From NCBI RefSeq assembly GCF_006345805.1, contig NC_043015.1:27466001-27530000 (forward strand): DNA of 64,000 nucleotides. Reading direction: 5' to 3'. A program made the translations under genes and the position numbers. Every line of letters begins with the position of its first letter. The first letter of the stretch is position 1. Of the stretch, positions 1 to 11,129 are shown one piece after another. The notes beneath the pieces were generated by a model. It was not told the DNA's origin. It was given only the letters and a program-made list of their open reading frames with translations, and did no database searches. This DNA is from Octopus sinensis (Eukaryota).

Positions 1-72
1 ATTAAAAACTTTTTTGTTACCATTGGTGACCCCGTGGAAAAAGAATCACTGCCTTCTGAAGCTGCATTACCA

Positions 73-146
<74 letters not shown>

Positions 147-1334
147 TTCATCATTATCATCATCCTTTAACATCTGTTTTTCATGCTGGCATGAGTTGGA
201 TGGTTTGATCAGAGTTGCATCAGGTTCCATATATGTACCGCTTTGTTTTCACTCACAGCAAATTTATTTGTACACCTTTGGTTGGCCTGAGCTATAGTAG
301 AAGACACATTGGAAAGTGAACTTCTTAACCACACAAGTTTACCTCCACAGTGTAGCCATAACTGTATAGTTACAGAGATTGGTTTACAACTCTGTAGGTA
401 TCACTATCAAGTTTTGAAAATATTTAAATGTAATTTTTACTATTCTTTTTCTTGGAGAGTATTCAAAAAGAAACATTTTAATACCTCATTTGTGAAATTT
501 GGATAAATATTTTACGAAATATGACAATTTGAATGGTCAGTGAGTTGCCTAATTAGACCCAAATAAAGTAACAATATTTGTGATGTCATATCTTTGAAAC
601 TGAGGTGATTAGCATCTTCAAATTACACGAATTAATAGTGTCCATAGTATAGTAGTTGCCTATATTATTCAAGTTCTTGAAAATGAACCATTTTGGGGGC
701 AATTTTTTAAAATATCTATGTAAAGCTTATTCAGTTGGATATGACTGACAATTTAGCAATAGGAGTGTAAGCTTCCCATGTGTTTTCAGACCTAGCTAAA
801 CCCAAAAGTACAAGCCACAGAGACTTGAATTTTGGTACATTTGTAGCAGGTATAGAACTGAATAAATCCCAAGATTTTGGAACATGATACTATTTCAATA
901 AAATTTTAACAGACTATTAAAAATGGCTATAAATGTCAGAGTTTCAGATTAGGATGCCCATGTAAGTTGGATTTTCTCAATTTTCATTGGGATTTTTTTC
1001 CAGCCTTGAGAATTATGAAAAGCTTTTTAGGAAAAAAAATTTTGGAAGATTTATGATTTGTTGCACCCACCAAGGGAAAACAATCCCAAGACAAATCAGT
1101 AGCACTTGTGAAAATGTAAACACTAACCACAAATTATCTGACAGTGTTCAGAATTGGATTTTACATGTACAAGAATATCTGCTAGGTAAAATTCAGACAT
1201 TACTTTCCACATGTTGTTAAGACAGTGAAAGGATACAAACAACATTCTCAAAACAATGATTCTTACTAATTTTGGGCTCTAGAGGACTTATGTTGCTCAA
1301 CTTGCTACATTTTTTAGTAGAAATATATATTTAC

Positions 1335-1557
1335 TTAGTAATTAGTTCATCCATTTTTTTAACATCTGGCTCAAACTCGATATTTGAGGCCTTGGATTCA
1401 TGTTCTGTTACAGCTCTCACTACACGGGAATACACCAGTTTACAAGTAGCATCAGTATGTGTTAATCCTGTATGAATAGCCATGGTAGTACCCTGTTTAT
1501 TGACTTTGAACTTTTTCATCATCTCATCACCAGATTTGGCAATAGCCATATTGTATT
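1335..1557 (-). CDS. Candidate internal exon of an unidentified host gene (73 full codons, YNMAIAKSGDEMMKK...FEPDVKKMDELIT)
   Basis: Open, non-repetitive frame. Minus-strand TACTAAC branch motif at 1577-1571, AG acceptor at 1559-1558, donor AA|GTAAAT at 1334. Protein family not recognised; the GT overlaps an in-frame TAA, so it could instead be a terminal exon. Confidence 0.45.
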
Positions 1558-3429
1558 CTCAAGTAAATATGTTAGTATAAACTAACAATAAAATTTTCAC
1601 TTTTATATTTCATAATGATTATCTGACCTACCCCCATTGATTTTTATGTCAAAATAAAGCAGAAAGAATCCTCTTCATGACTATCATTTTCAACACAAAT
1701 CAAGTCATAGTGCTCCAGAGCATTGAACTAGAATGAGAGCTGCCATACAATAGTAAAAAACAAAAATGGGACAAATGTGTGAATGGGTGGAAATAGCTAG
1801 GTGATTGCGGAAACTGGGCATGATATGTAAGAGTTGAATTTTAATCAAAAGAATATGAGAGGAAAGTTCACATCCAGAACATTCAAATAATATATAATTA
1901 TCCATGGAAAAATGCATTTTGATCAAGCAAAAAGTGGATTTTTGCATGGTCAAACTGTGCTTGTCTCTCTTCCATGGAGCTTTATAGTGATACCTACTAT
2001 AACGTACTGTATTTGGTAGATGGAAATTATGGAGAAGTTAACTGCATATGTACATTAATTCTTTCATAGCATTCAGGGTGTTTCAGGATTGTTTTGGGGT
2101 GTTGCCCAAAAGTTTTGAAAAATATAGCACTCTAGCAGGCAGGTTGGGCAACACTTTGTAGGTCCAGCAAACTCCTGTTCTAGTAAGAGTTGACTCTCTT
2201 TTTTTTTTACTGTTGCCCATAAAACTTTGGTCCTGATTTTTTTGTGTTGGCTTGGCTAGAAAGTGTGTTGCCCAGGCAACTAGGGCAACATCCCTGCATC
2301 TGCCACTGGTATTAGTACATGGCCCCAGTTCTTTTGATATTAAGTAGTGTGATACTGATTTCCTGCCGGAGTTCCCTAGAGTTATATTGAATTATATTTC
2401 ATTTAAACACATCAAAGTACCTACAATGAAATAATGAACTCATAGTAAAGTAGTCAAGCGGATAAGGCTTTGAACTTGCTAACCATAAAGTCATTTGCAA
2501 TACACGTTTTCTTAAATTTCTGAGCTCAATGCTTTACATCAGTTCACTATTAAATAAATAGAAGTTCGTCATTGTTGAAGGAAAACCTCCATAGCTGCTT
2601 ACCCGTTAATAGTTCCGTCTGATTACAAAATGATAACAAAATTGTCTCTGTTGATTAGAATAGTAGAATAAACAAGGGTGTATAACCCACAAGTCCATCA
2701 TCTAATACTTTACCTACTCAGCCGTTTTACGTAATTAAATTCAACACACATGCTTTATCATGTGTTTTATTGAAGTAGCGTCATTCATACTAAATTTACA
2801 ACTCAACTGAGGCCTTTCAAAGTGTGCGAAACACGTTAGATAATCGACATTACAGCTTCTGCACAACTGATTAGCTCTCTTGTTTAGCGAACATTTTTAT
2901 TTTTAATATTTGTTTGCATGAAGTTTCCTTGTTTCTTTCTAATCTAATAATGATTTTTCAAACTGGCACAAAGCCACAAATTTATAAGGTGAAATATTCA
3001 AATGAATCAACTCCTGTACATGCCTGCTATGTTTTTTTAGTTTTTTATTTACAAAAGAAATGAAGGTGAAAAGTTGTTTTCTGAAATGTAAAATGTAGAA
3101 TATTGAAACTAAATGCTTTAAGTACCATTTTTGTTTGTTTAAATAGAATATCTTCTCTGACATCCAAAGCATCTGTATGATTCTCAGAAGGCAGAGTTTA
3201 GTAGAACTTGGAACAACAGATCTTTGTGTGCACATGATCAATCACCCAATTGCTTGCATTTGATTAAATTTTACAAAAAAATCCTGGTATAGGACCACAC
3301 AGCATAATTACAACTATATACTTACATGCTGCCCCTCTCTCACTACTACTTGGCATATACATATATGCATACATACGTATGTATTCAAAAAACTTTCTCT
3401 GAACTTGTCTAGCCATGAATATTATATCT

Positions 3430-4330
3430 GTTGCACATCAGCTTGGACCGACGCCACAGAGAGATTTTGGTAAGATCCTATCTGTGATGTCAGCATTTAG
3501 CTTTCTCAGAAGTATAACAGCAACGATTTTTAAGGGCCACTGCCAACAGTGCAATATCACAGTGTTTTTCATTCTCTCACATGATCCTTTACCTTTCTAC
3601 AAAGGTATCATGATAACACCTTGCCATTCTTTAAGCATTTTACCAGTTGCCCAGACGTCCCATATTATCCTGTGCTTAAGGAGCACCATGTACTCACCAC
3701 CATGACAATAACTCTCTGCAAAGGCACTACCCTTGGTAGCCACCTTGCCAGTATTTAACTGATCAATGGCTGATTTTATTTTGTTGATAGTTGGAGAATT
3801 GTTGAGGCTTTCAACAACTGGACACCGGTCAAGGCTATCCAGTGCAATAGAATCTACTTCTGCATCTCTGTTGAGCAGATTAGAGAAGTGCTGTTTCTAT
3901 CTTAGTTGAGATCTTATTAATGCTAGTTTAGAGACCTTTCCAAGCCTTAGGGCAGATAGGAGCAACAGTCGCTACTCTTGGTACAAAGCCTTGCCTCATA
4001 AGATTGTAGAGCTTTTTGCTATTCTTGCTATCTCCTGCAGTTTGTATTTCAGCTGCAAGGACTTCCCACCAAGTCCTTTGCATGGCATAAAGATTCTGCT
4101 GAGCCTCAGACTGGTTTCTTTCAACAGAATTCCAAGATGCTTTCAAAAGTCAGATGAGATGCTTTCTTGTAAGAGTTGATGATGTATCTATCTCTTTCTT
4201 ACCAAAATGCTCTGCATTGCTTCATTGTTGTTATCAAACCAGTCCTTGTTTTTAGCTGGACTAGATCTGATAGAATAGATAATTTCAATATAAAAATGGG
4301 CAGGCTCCAATGACTCAGCACAGGTCACAG
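3430..4330 (-). mobile_element. Old, degraded RTE-type LINE fragment (region between endonuclease and RT)
   Basis: Minus-strand remnants KNKDWFDNNNEAM and SPTINKIKSAIDQLNTGKV match the RTE ORF at 61-64 kb (NPDWF..., PPSIAELTKAV..L..NKAP). Many stops and frameshifts. Confidence 0.6.
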
Positions 4331-6094
4331 ACCTTGTTGGAATATATTTAACAGATATATGTTACTGATGAGAGATTATTTAAAATTTGTTGGGCAGTGT
4401 GATATGCACCAACTTAATCAATAGAAGATAAAAGATATATTTCTTGCAGATTTTATTTTTCTTTGAATTCAGTGTTAGGAACAGCACATAAAAGCTGTAA
4501 CAGTCTGCTGTTTTACAGTGGTGAGGGTAAATTAATTATGATAAGTCTTTCACATTTGTGGTAGCATTTGTGTCAGTTGTAGGTGTTAGGAAGAAATTGG
4601 CATGCTAGAGAGAGAAAGACATGTGGTATTTAAAAGTAAAATGAACTGTCCTAAAATATTTGGAGAGAGAGCAAGCTCCTTCAGCAATGTGCCAGGTGAA
4701 AGAAAAAGAATTCTATCTAGTGTTCTGTATTTATATATATCAAAAATTGAGAACAAAGGAAGAAAGTGTGTTTATTTCAGTTGAACAAAATTTAACCTAA
4801 GATGTTAAGTGAAATTATAAGACTTATCTAAGTATGACAGTTGACTCTCATATTCTAAGTGGTAATGCCAAGAACAATGGAAAGGAGCTTACAGAAAAAT
4901 CTAGACTAAGGTTTCAATTCCTTGTTAAGAATCCAGATAACAATCTGCTTCATCACTCCCTGCTTTCATGAATTTTCAAAAACGAATGGTTCTAGGAAAA
5001 ATTAGAGAAATGAGCACAATGTGAAAATTGAACAATGTTTTGAATTGTGAATCATGAATCTAAAGTGTATAAGATACAGATGGATGTGATGCAAGGTCAG
5101 AAAGATCATAGATATCAGAAGAGAGAATCTGAGGTGACGTATACAAGACAACAAGTATACAGATGCATATCCAAGTAAGTTTGAATTGCATGCAGTATTG
5201 CTTGTGTGCAGAGTGTGCAGTCTGACTTTGTGTGTGTCAACTTCATGTGTATTGGTAGTGTTAAGTGAGCTTGTGCATGATTTGGTATCAGATTGTATAT
5301 ACATGTGTGAAACCGGTACAATTGCAGACTTTCGTTGAAAGGATCTGAGATGAAAGAATGCCATAGTATAAGAGGGTGCCATAGTATAATAAAAAATTGC
5401 CCTCTTTCTCTTATTTCCCTCATTGGTCACCTGAACAAAATATGTATAAATTTACTAAGTATAACCTACACCAACACACTTGCCCCTTTTGTTTATCCAT
5501 TCTAGCCTTTATGACATCATTGCTTTCTCTCCTATTTCCATCCTCACTCACCTGATCAGAAGAATACATATGAAGTTACTGAGTACTTTTTAAATTTACT
5601 GTATACTAGACACATGACCCCTGAGCTGGTGCTATTGTGGAAAAGTCCCACCTCACACACTGTCTAGAGTGATTGATGATTGAGACATCTTTAGCGCTGG
5701 GGTCATGAAAAATGCACCTAGAAGACACTGTAAAATAAACAGAGAATGCATAGGATTGTGAGTCTATAATATTGTCTAGCTGAGGATTAACAATCCCTTT
5801 ATTTATCTGTAGAATCTAAATGAAATGACAGGTACGAGCACAAGTCTGTGACAGCAGGAGATGCCAATAAGAAATGACTCGCACTGTGACAACTTGTCCA
5901 GCCCATGCCAGCATAGAAAATGAATGTAAAATGATTATGATGATATTCTCCATTGACCCATGCAAGCATAGCAAAATAGATGTTAATATAATGATGATGA
6001 TGCATCTTTCCTGGGTTGATACAATCAACTTAGCCCCTCCCACAAAACTGCTGTCCTTGTGCCAAAATTTGAAACCAATATAATGATGGTGATG

Positions 6095-6270
6095 ATAATG
6101 GTTATACTACTCTTGGAGTGTTTGGCATTAGGAAGGGCATCCAGTGTAGAAACATTGCCAGATCAGATTGGAGCCTGGTGCAGCCACTGGCTCTCCAGAC
6201 CTCACTCAAACCGTCCAACCCATGCCACATGGAAAACAGACGTTAAACAATGATGACAATCATCATCATG
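6095..6270 (+). mobile_element. SINE-like repeat with (ATG)n tail (family also at ~140-230, 14840-15158, 18700-19015, 44262-44540, 57075-57590)
   Basis: Shared motifs TTGGCATTAGGAAGGGCATCCAG, CCAGATCAGATTGGAGCCTGGTGCAGCC and the 3' end CCAACCCATGC...ACGTTAAAC-(ATG)n recur across the window. Confidence 0.7.
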
Positions 6271-6945
6271 ATGTATATATACACATACATACACAATACA
6301 TGAATGTACACAAACACAAACACACGTGCATGCACATATATACATACTTACATGCACATGCACATTTATACATACACACACACATACACTTACATACACA
6401 CATACACACACATGCACACACACAAATATGTACTATGTATGTGTGTGTATGATCATACATGTAGAGACGCATGCACACATAACATACATGCATGATACAA
6501 CACTGAATCACATATACCTATACAGATATAGAAATATATCTGTTTTCTTTCGAATGGACTAATCTTTTAAACTATCAAGTTATTCCCCAAGAATAGCTTC
6601 AATCTGGCATAAATTATACTGGTTGATATTTTCACTTCTAGGCACAAAACTGATTGGTATCTACAAAATGTTCTTCACAAATTAAAATAATAATCTTTGA
6701 GCAATGTATCTTGAATAATTATCAAACTGCTGTTGTTAAACTGTCAACAAACCATTTTCTGTTTTCTACAGATCATCAATACACTGCCTCTATCATGATG
6801 TCTCTTATCTAAATCACCTACATCTATTGATCAGAAAATGATTCTATAAAGTTATTTATGAGAGTGTATATATGGTCATATGTAATATAGATTTGTGTGA
6901 CAGTAATGATTGTGTGTGTTTTATGTATATGTATATATATTTTTT

Positions 6946-6983
<38 letters not shown>

Positions 6984-7178
6984 TTTGGTGCAAGATACAA
7001 CGAAAATTTTAGGAAAATAAGAATAAGAAATAAGTGGAAATTTTACTGAAAAAGAAAATGATTCTCCCCAGACACAACAGTATACACACACACACATATA
7101 TTCAATGTACATTGTATGTATGTGTATGCATGTATGCATATATATCCATATACAAACACTAAGAAGTATGTGCGTGTG

Positions 7179-7942
7179 TATTGGGTCATCCCATAAATAA
7201 TGCAGTTTTTTTATACTTCTTTTATTTTTCAAAATTAAGATCGACAAAGTTCTTTTTTAATCTAAAATATACTCTCCTTCATTTTATACAATGCTCTTCC
7301 ATCTATCTGGTAGACTTGCAAATATGTGAATATGGTGGATGGGGCATCATTTCCCATTTAAACTGCTCCAGCCTTTGGAATATTATCCTCGCTGTACGTG
7401 GCCAAGCATTATCCTGATGGAAGAACACATTTAATCTTAAAATCAAAGATGGTCGTTTTTCTTCTAGCGCTGGCTTGCATGACTGGTTGAATGACCAAAT
7501 CCAAGAATTTCTGCTAGTTTGTCAATGGTTACAATGAGACTTTGTTCCACCAGGGTTTGCAGGACGTCCTTGCCATGCTCTACAGATCCTCCAGGACAAG
7601 AGGCTGCAGTTTCTGGCTCAGAATTTCTGGAACCTCTGTTGACACTGGCTATCCCCATATACTGCATTAATATTCTTCACACTTTCCATTGCACAGTTGT
7701 CTTTATTGAACTCATAAAGCAAAATATGTCAAATATACTCCTTTGTTACTTCAATTATGGCTTTGAAAAAAATAACTGCTAAAATCGAACTGTACTCTTC
7801 AAAACTTGCACTAAGAATAAATACAAAGTAAAATTACTACCTGCTTTTATAGCAAGTTGATGCAGGTAGTTTATCCTGTCCCCCTCTGACTTTTAGTTTA
7901 TGCAATTGAAAAAAAATGCATTATGTATGGCATATCCTAATA
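7179..7942 (-). mobile_element. Internally deleted mariner (Tc1/mariner) element
   Basis: Imperfect TIRs TATTGGGTCATCCCATAAATAATGCAG (7179) and its complement ending ...CCTAATA (7942). Minus-strand remnant QDNAWPRTARIIFQRLEQFKWEMMPHPPYS (mariner HDNARPH and HPPYSP motifs). Confidence 0.8.
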
Positions 7943-7998
7943 GATATTTGTGTGTATATGTATATGTATGTGTATGTATGTATGTATATTATGTGTGC

Positions 7999-8057
<59 letters not shown>

Positions 8058-8142
8058 CACACACATATATACATACACACACATACACACACAAATATAT
8101 TTGTGTGTGTGTATATATATATATATATTATATATATATATA

Positions 8143-9710
8143 CTAGCATTATAACCCGTCGTTGCCAGGTCATAGTGCTAGTGCATGTATATATGTGTAT
8201 ATATATGTGTACATATTACATGTACATCTATATATATACATCTACACATAAAATACAAAATACAAAGATATTTCTTGATATCACTAGTGATAACAATATT
8301 CAAAATATATAACAGACTGGAATTGTAGGCCCGTCTCTTGCAATTTCGATCACTTATATCTTGTCCTCCCTCTTGTACAGAAGTGTGGCTACAATCCAGC
8401 CTACTTCTACTTCTGGGGAGACATTTTAAATTTTTATCCGGGACATCCTACGTCCCAGATATAAAGGTAAAAATAAAATATTTCCACTTTGCAAGTTCGA
8501 GTCGAGTACTCCCTTGCTCGCTCCGTTGACTCGAACCTTGCTTCTATTGTGGCGAATTTGCCGCCTCTGCTTAGATATCTTTCATAGTCGCACCAAGACA
8601 CTTTTCGTTGGTGCTTTCCTCCAGGCGTTCAAATCTTTTTTTTTTCTCTACATTGTATATTTTATAGAATATAATCTTTTCTTTAATTTAATTTTTTATT
8701 TCGTTTGGTGGTGTTATCCTAGATTCACCGTCTCTGTCAGTGATCAATCCGAAATAGGTTTGTATTTTTTCCATTTTAATTTTAATGATTTCACGCCCGC
8801 CAACGGCTGCAGCGAAATTCATTTTTAGACTTTCTTCTAACGAAGGCATTTTAACAAAAATGCTTCCGTATAAACGGTGAAAATATTGTCAATTTCCCCA
8901 AACAGGGACACAATTCAATTTTTAAACCAAAGCTCCTTCACTGAAATGGGGAGGGTTACGGTTTACAATTATTTAGCAAATGCAACACAACAACGTTTCC
9001 CTTACGAGGAACCAACAAACGTGATAACAATAGTTAAACAGTAATAATGATAACAACATTACGGTGAATCAAAAAGCAGTACGCAGTTGAAGCTAGAGAC
9101 GTTTATGTATAAGAAATAAACCAACAGCAGTACTCAGTAGAAGCAGCTGTTCGAGAAAACAGACATTACCTACAGCCAAACTTCATATAGATACTTAATG
9201 CTAGCTAATTAGCAGATAATCTAATGTAAAAGCCGTGGTAAACGGTATGTGCACAGCTCCATCTGGACTATTCCATTTCTGCACTTACATTTTAATTTTT
9301 ATTTATTTCTATTCATGTGAAACCACTTATTCAAGTTCAAGTCATTGATGCAATTTTATACCAATTGCTATTTTTACTTTTAATTGTTATGTTACGATTT
9401 AATTTAGTTTGATTTTAATTATTACTTACAACATATAATTCAATTGTTATCATTATATCTAATTTTTATTGTTAAAGTGAAAGTATCTGACATAAAATAG
9501 AGAAATGTTTTTGTTTCACTTTTAACACTTAATACTGAAATAGTGGAGAAGATTCATATTGCTATGGGCTCGCCCTAGGCAACAAGTTGAACATTGTTTC
9601 TACCCATGAAACTACATGGATCCTAAGTAAGGCATGTGTAAAATTTGAATGAAATTGGTTGTGTAGTTCTCAAGTTTTAGGGAAACACACAGACAGACAC
9701 ACATTCTCAG

Positions 9711-9716
<6 letters not shown>
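8143..9716 (-). mobile_element. Non-autonomous Helitron-like element (~1.57 kb)
   Basis: Minus-strand 3' end has an imperfect hairpin (8154-8170), 7 nt, then CTAG|T (8146-8143). The 5' end ...TATATTAAACTGAGAATGTGTGTCTGTCTG...AACCAATTTCATTCAAATTTT emerges from (TA)n. Internal blocks recur at 13740-14590 and 17175-17275. Confidence 0.7.
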
Positions 9717-9776
<60 letters not shown>

Positions 9777-9786
9777 ATATTTCGGA

Positions 9787-9866
9787 ATGGTCACTTTGCC
9801 AGTTTAGCCAATATACGTACTATATATATATAGTACGTTTATTGGCTAAACTGGCAAAATGACCAT
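9787..9866. repeat. 80-bp near-perfect palindrome with a (TA)n centre
   Basis: ATGGTCACTTTGCCAGTTTAGCCAAT...ACGTAC-(TA)n-GTACGT...ATTGGCTAAACTGGCAAAATGACCAT; two mismatches by eye. Confidence 0.9.
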
Positions 9867-10355
9867 ATATATATATATATATTTCACAAAAAAATCCGCG
9901 TTCGTAATACTTTTTTTCGTTCGGCGTTAACAGCCCTTCTTATCTTGTTTTTCCTTGTCGTGTCTTTTACTGTTTATAATTTGTACTGCCGTTACTGTCC
10001 TGTTTTTGTTACCATTTTTTACCCCTCTGCGAAAAGATTTCAAAATTTTAATTGATTTGCTTTTCGCAGGAAGGAAAGTTTCTTGTCGAAGATACGTCTC
10101 GCTTTCACCTTCGAAATGTAGAGTAGATGAAACCATAGCGACTGAAGAAGGGGTTTTTTTCTTTGAGTTAATTGTCCTGTACTCTATTTTTTTGTTGTTT
10201 AAAGAAATGTCCAGTTCCTTGGGTTTGTGTCTATGTTTTCGTTTCTCATTGTGTTCGAAGTCTTTTTGGTGTCCTGTACTCATATATGCGTGTATATGTA
10301 CATGTAGAGGTAGGTACGTACATATATGTTTATTTATATGCATATGTTTTATTTA

Positions 10356-10435
<80 letters not shown>

Positions 10436-10682
10436 TAATGCAATACAAAGTATCGCCTTCCAGTAAAGAATAGCCCGTGAGGGAAAAATACACAAAGTAG
10501 TAAATAAATGGCACAACTAAGTACCGATATTTACTGGAAATAGCGAACGTAAAAATACGACGCTAATGTATAGCTTCACCGCGTATGTATTAGTAAAAAT
10601 GCGTGTGTGCAACAAACTAGAGAAAAACGTCTTACCTCCAGGGAGAACATCTAAAAGATGAAATACCCGGAAAAGGATAATG

Positions 10683-10752
10683 TGGGACCTGCAGGTTTCA
10701 GATTTTACAAGATATGACTGCCACCCATATCTTATTCTATCTTCATCAGCCA
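10683..10752 (-). ncRNA. Type I hammerhead ribozyme motif (left arm)
   Basis: Mirror copy of 10898-10967: TGG-CTGATGA-[AGAT..AAGATATG/CATATCTT..ATCT]-GAAA-CCTGCAGGT-C-CCA. Confidence 0.8.
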
Positions 10753-10897
10753 AGCATATACCATGACGAAATCTACGATGTTACCACATCGCTAACAGTA
10801 CGAAAAACCGTTTTTCGTACTGTTAGCGTTCCGCGTTTCAGTCGAGTGTAATAGTATTTAATGTGGTAACATCGTAGATTTCGTCATGGTATATGCT

Positions 10898-10967
10898 TGG
10901 CTGATGAAGATAAAATAAGATATGGGTGGCAGTCATATCTTGTAAAATCTGAAACCTGCAGGTCCCA
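10898..10967 (+). ncRNA. Type I hammerhead ribozyme motif with fully canonical core (right arm)
   Basis: Stem I TGG/CCA; CUGAUGA at 10901-10907; stem II AGAT/ATCT extended by AAGATATG/CATATCTT; GAAA at 10951-10954; palindromic stem III ACCTGCAGGT; GUC cleavage triplet ending at 10964. Confidence 0.8.
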
Positions 10968-11129
10968 CATTATCCTTTTCCGAGTATTTCATCTTTCAGA
11001 TGTTCTCCCTGGAGGTAAGACGTTTTTCTCTAGTTTGTTGCACACACGCATTTTTACTAATACATACGCGGTGAAGCTATACATTAGCGTCGTATTTTTA
11101 CGTTCGCTATTTCCAGTAAATATCGGTAC

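Noticed and set aside
10142-10180. Hammerhead start CTGAAGAAGGG
   Set aside because: There is no closing CCC-GAAA or stem III downstream.
14-10435. Many IYIY, HTHT and CVCV ORFs here and across the window
   Set aside because: They are (TA)n and (CA)n artefacts with no domain content.
10441-10491. CVFFPHGLF as the missing helicase motif VI beyond the palindrome
   Set aside because: The intervening QGQ segment is absent and the match is weak; it is more likely the terminal part of the fold-back element next to (TA)n.
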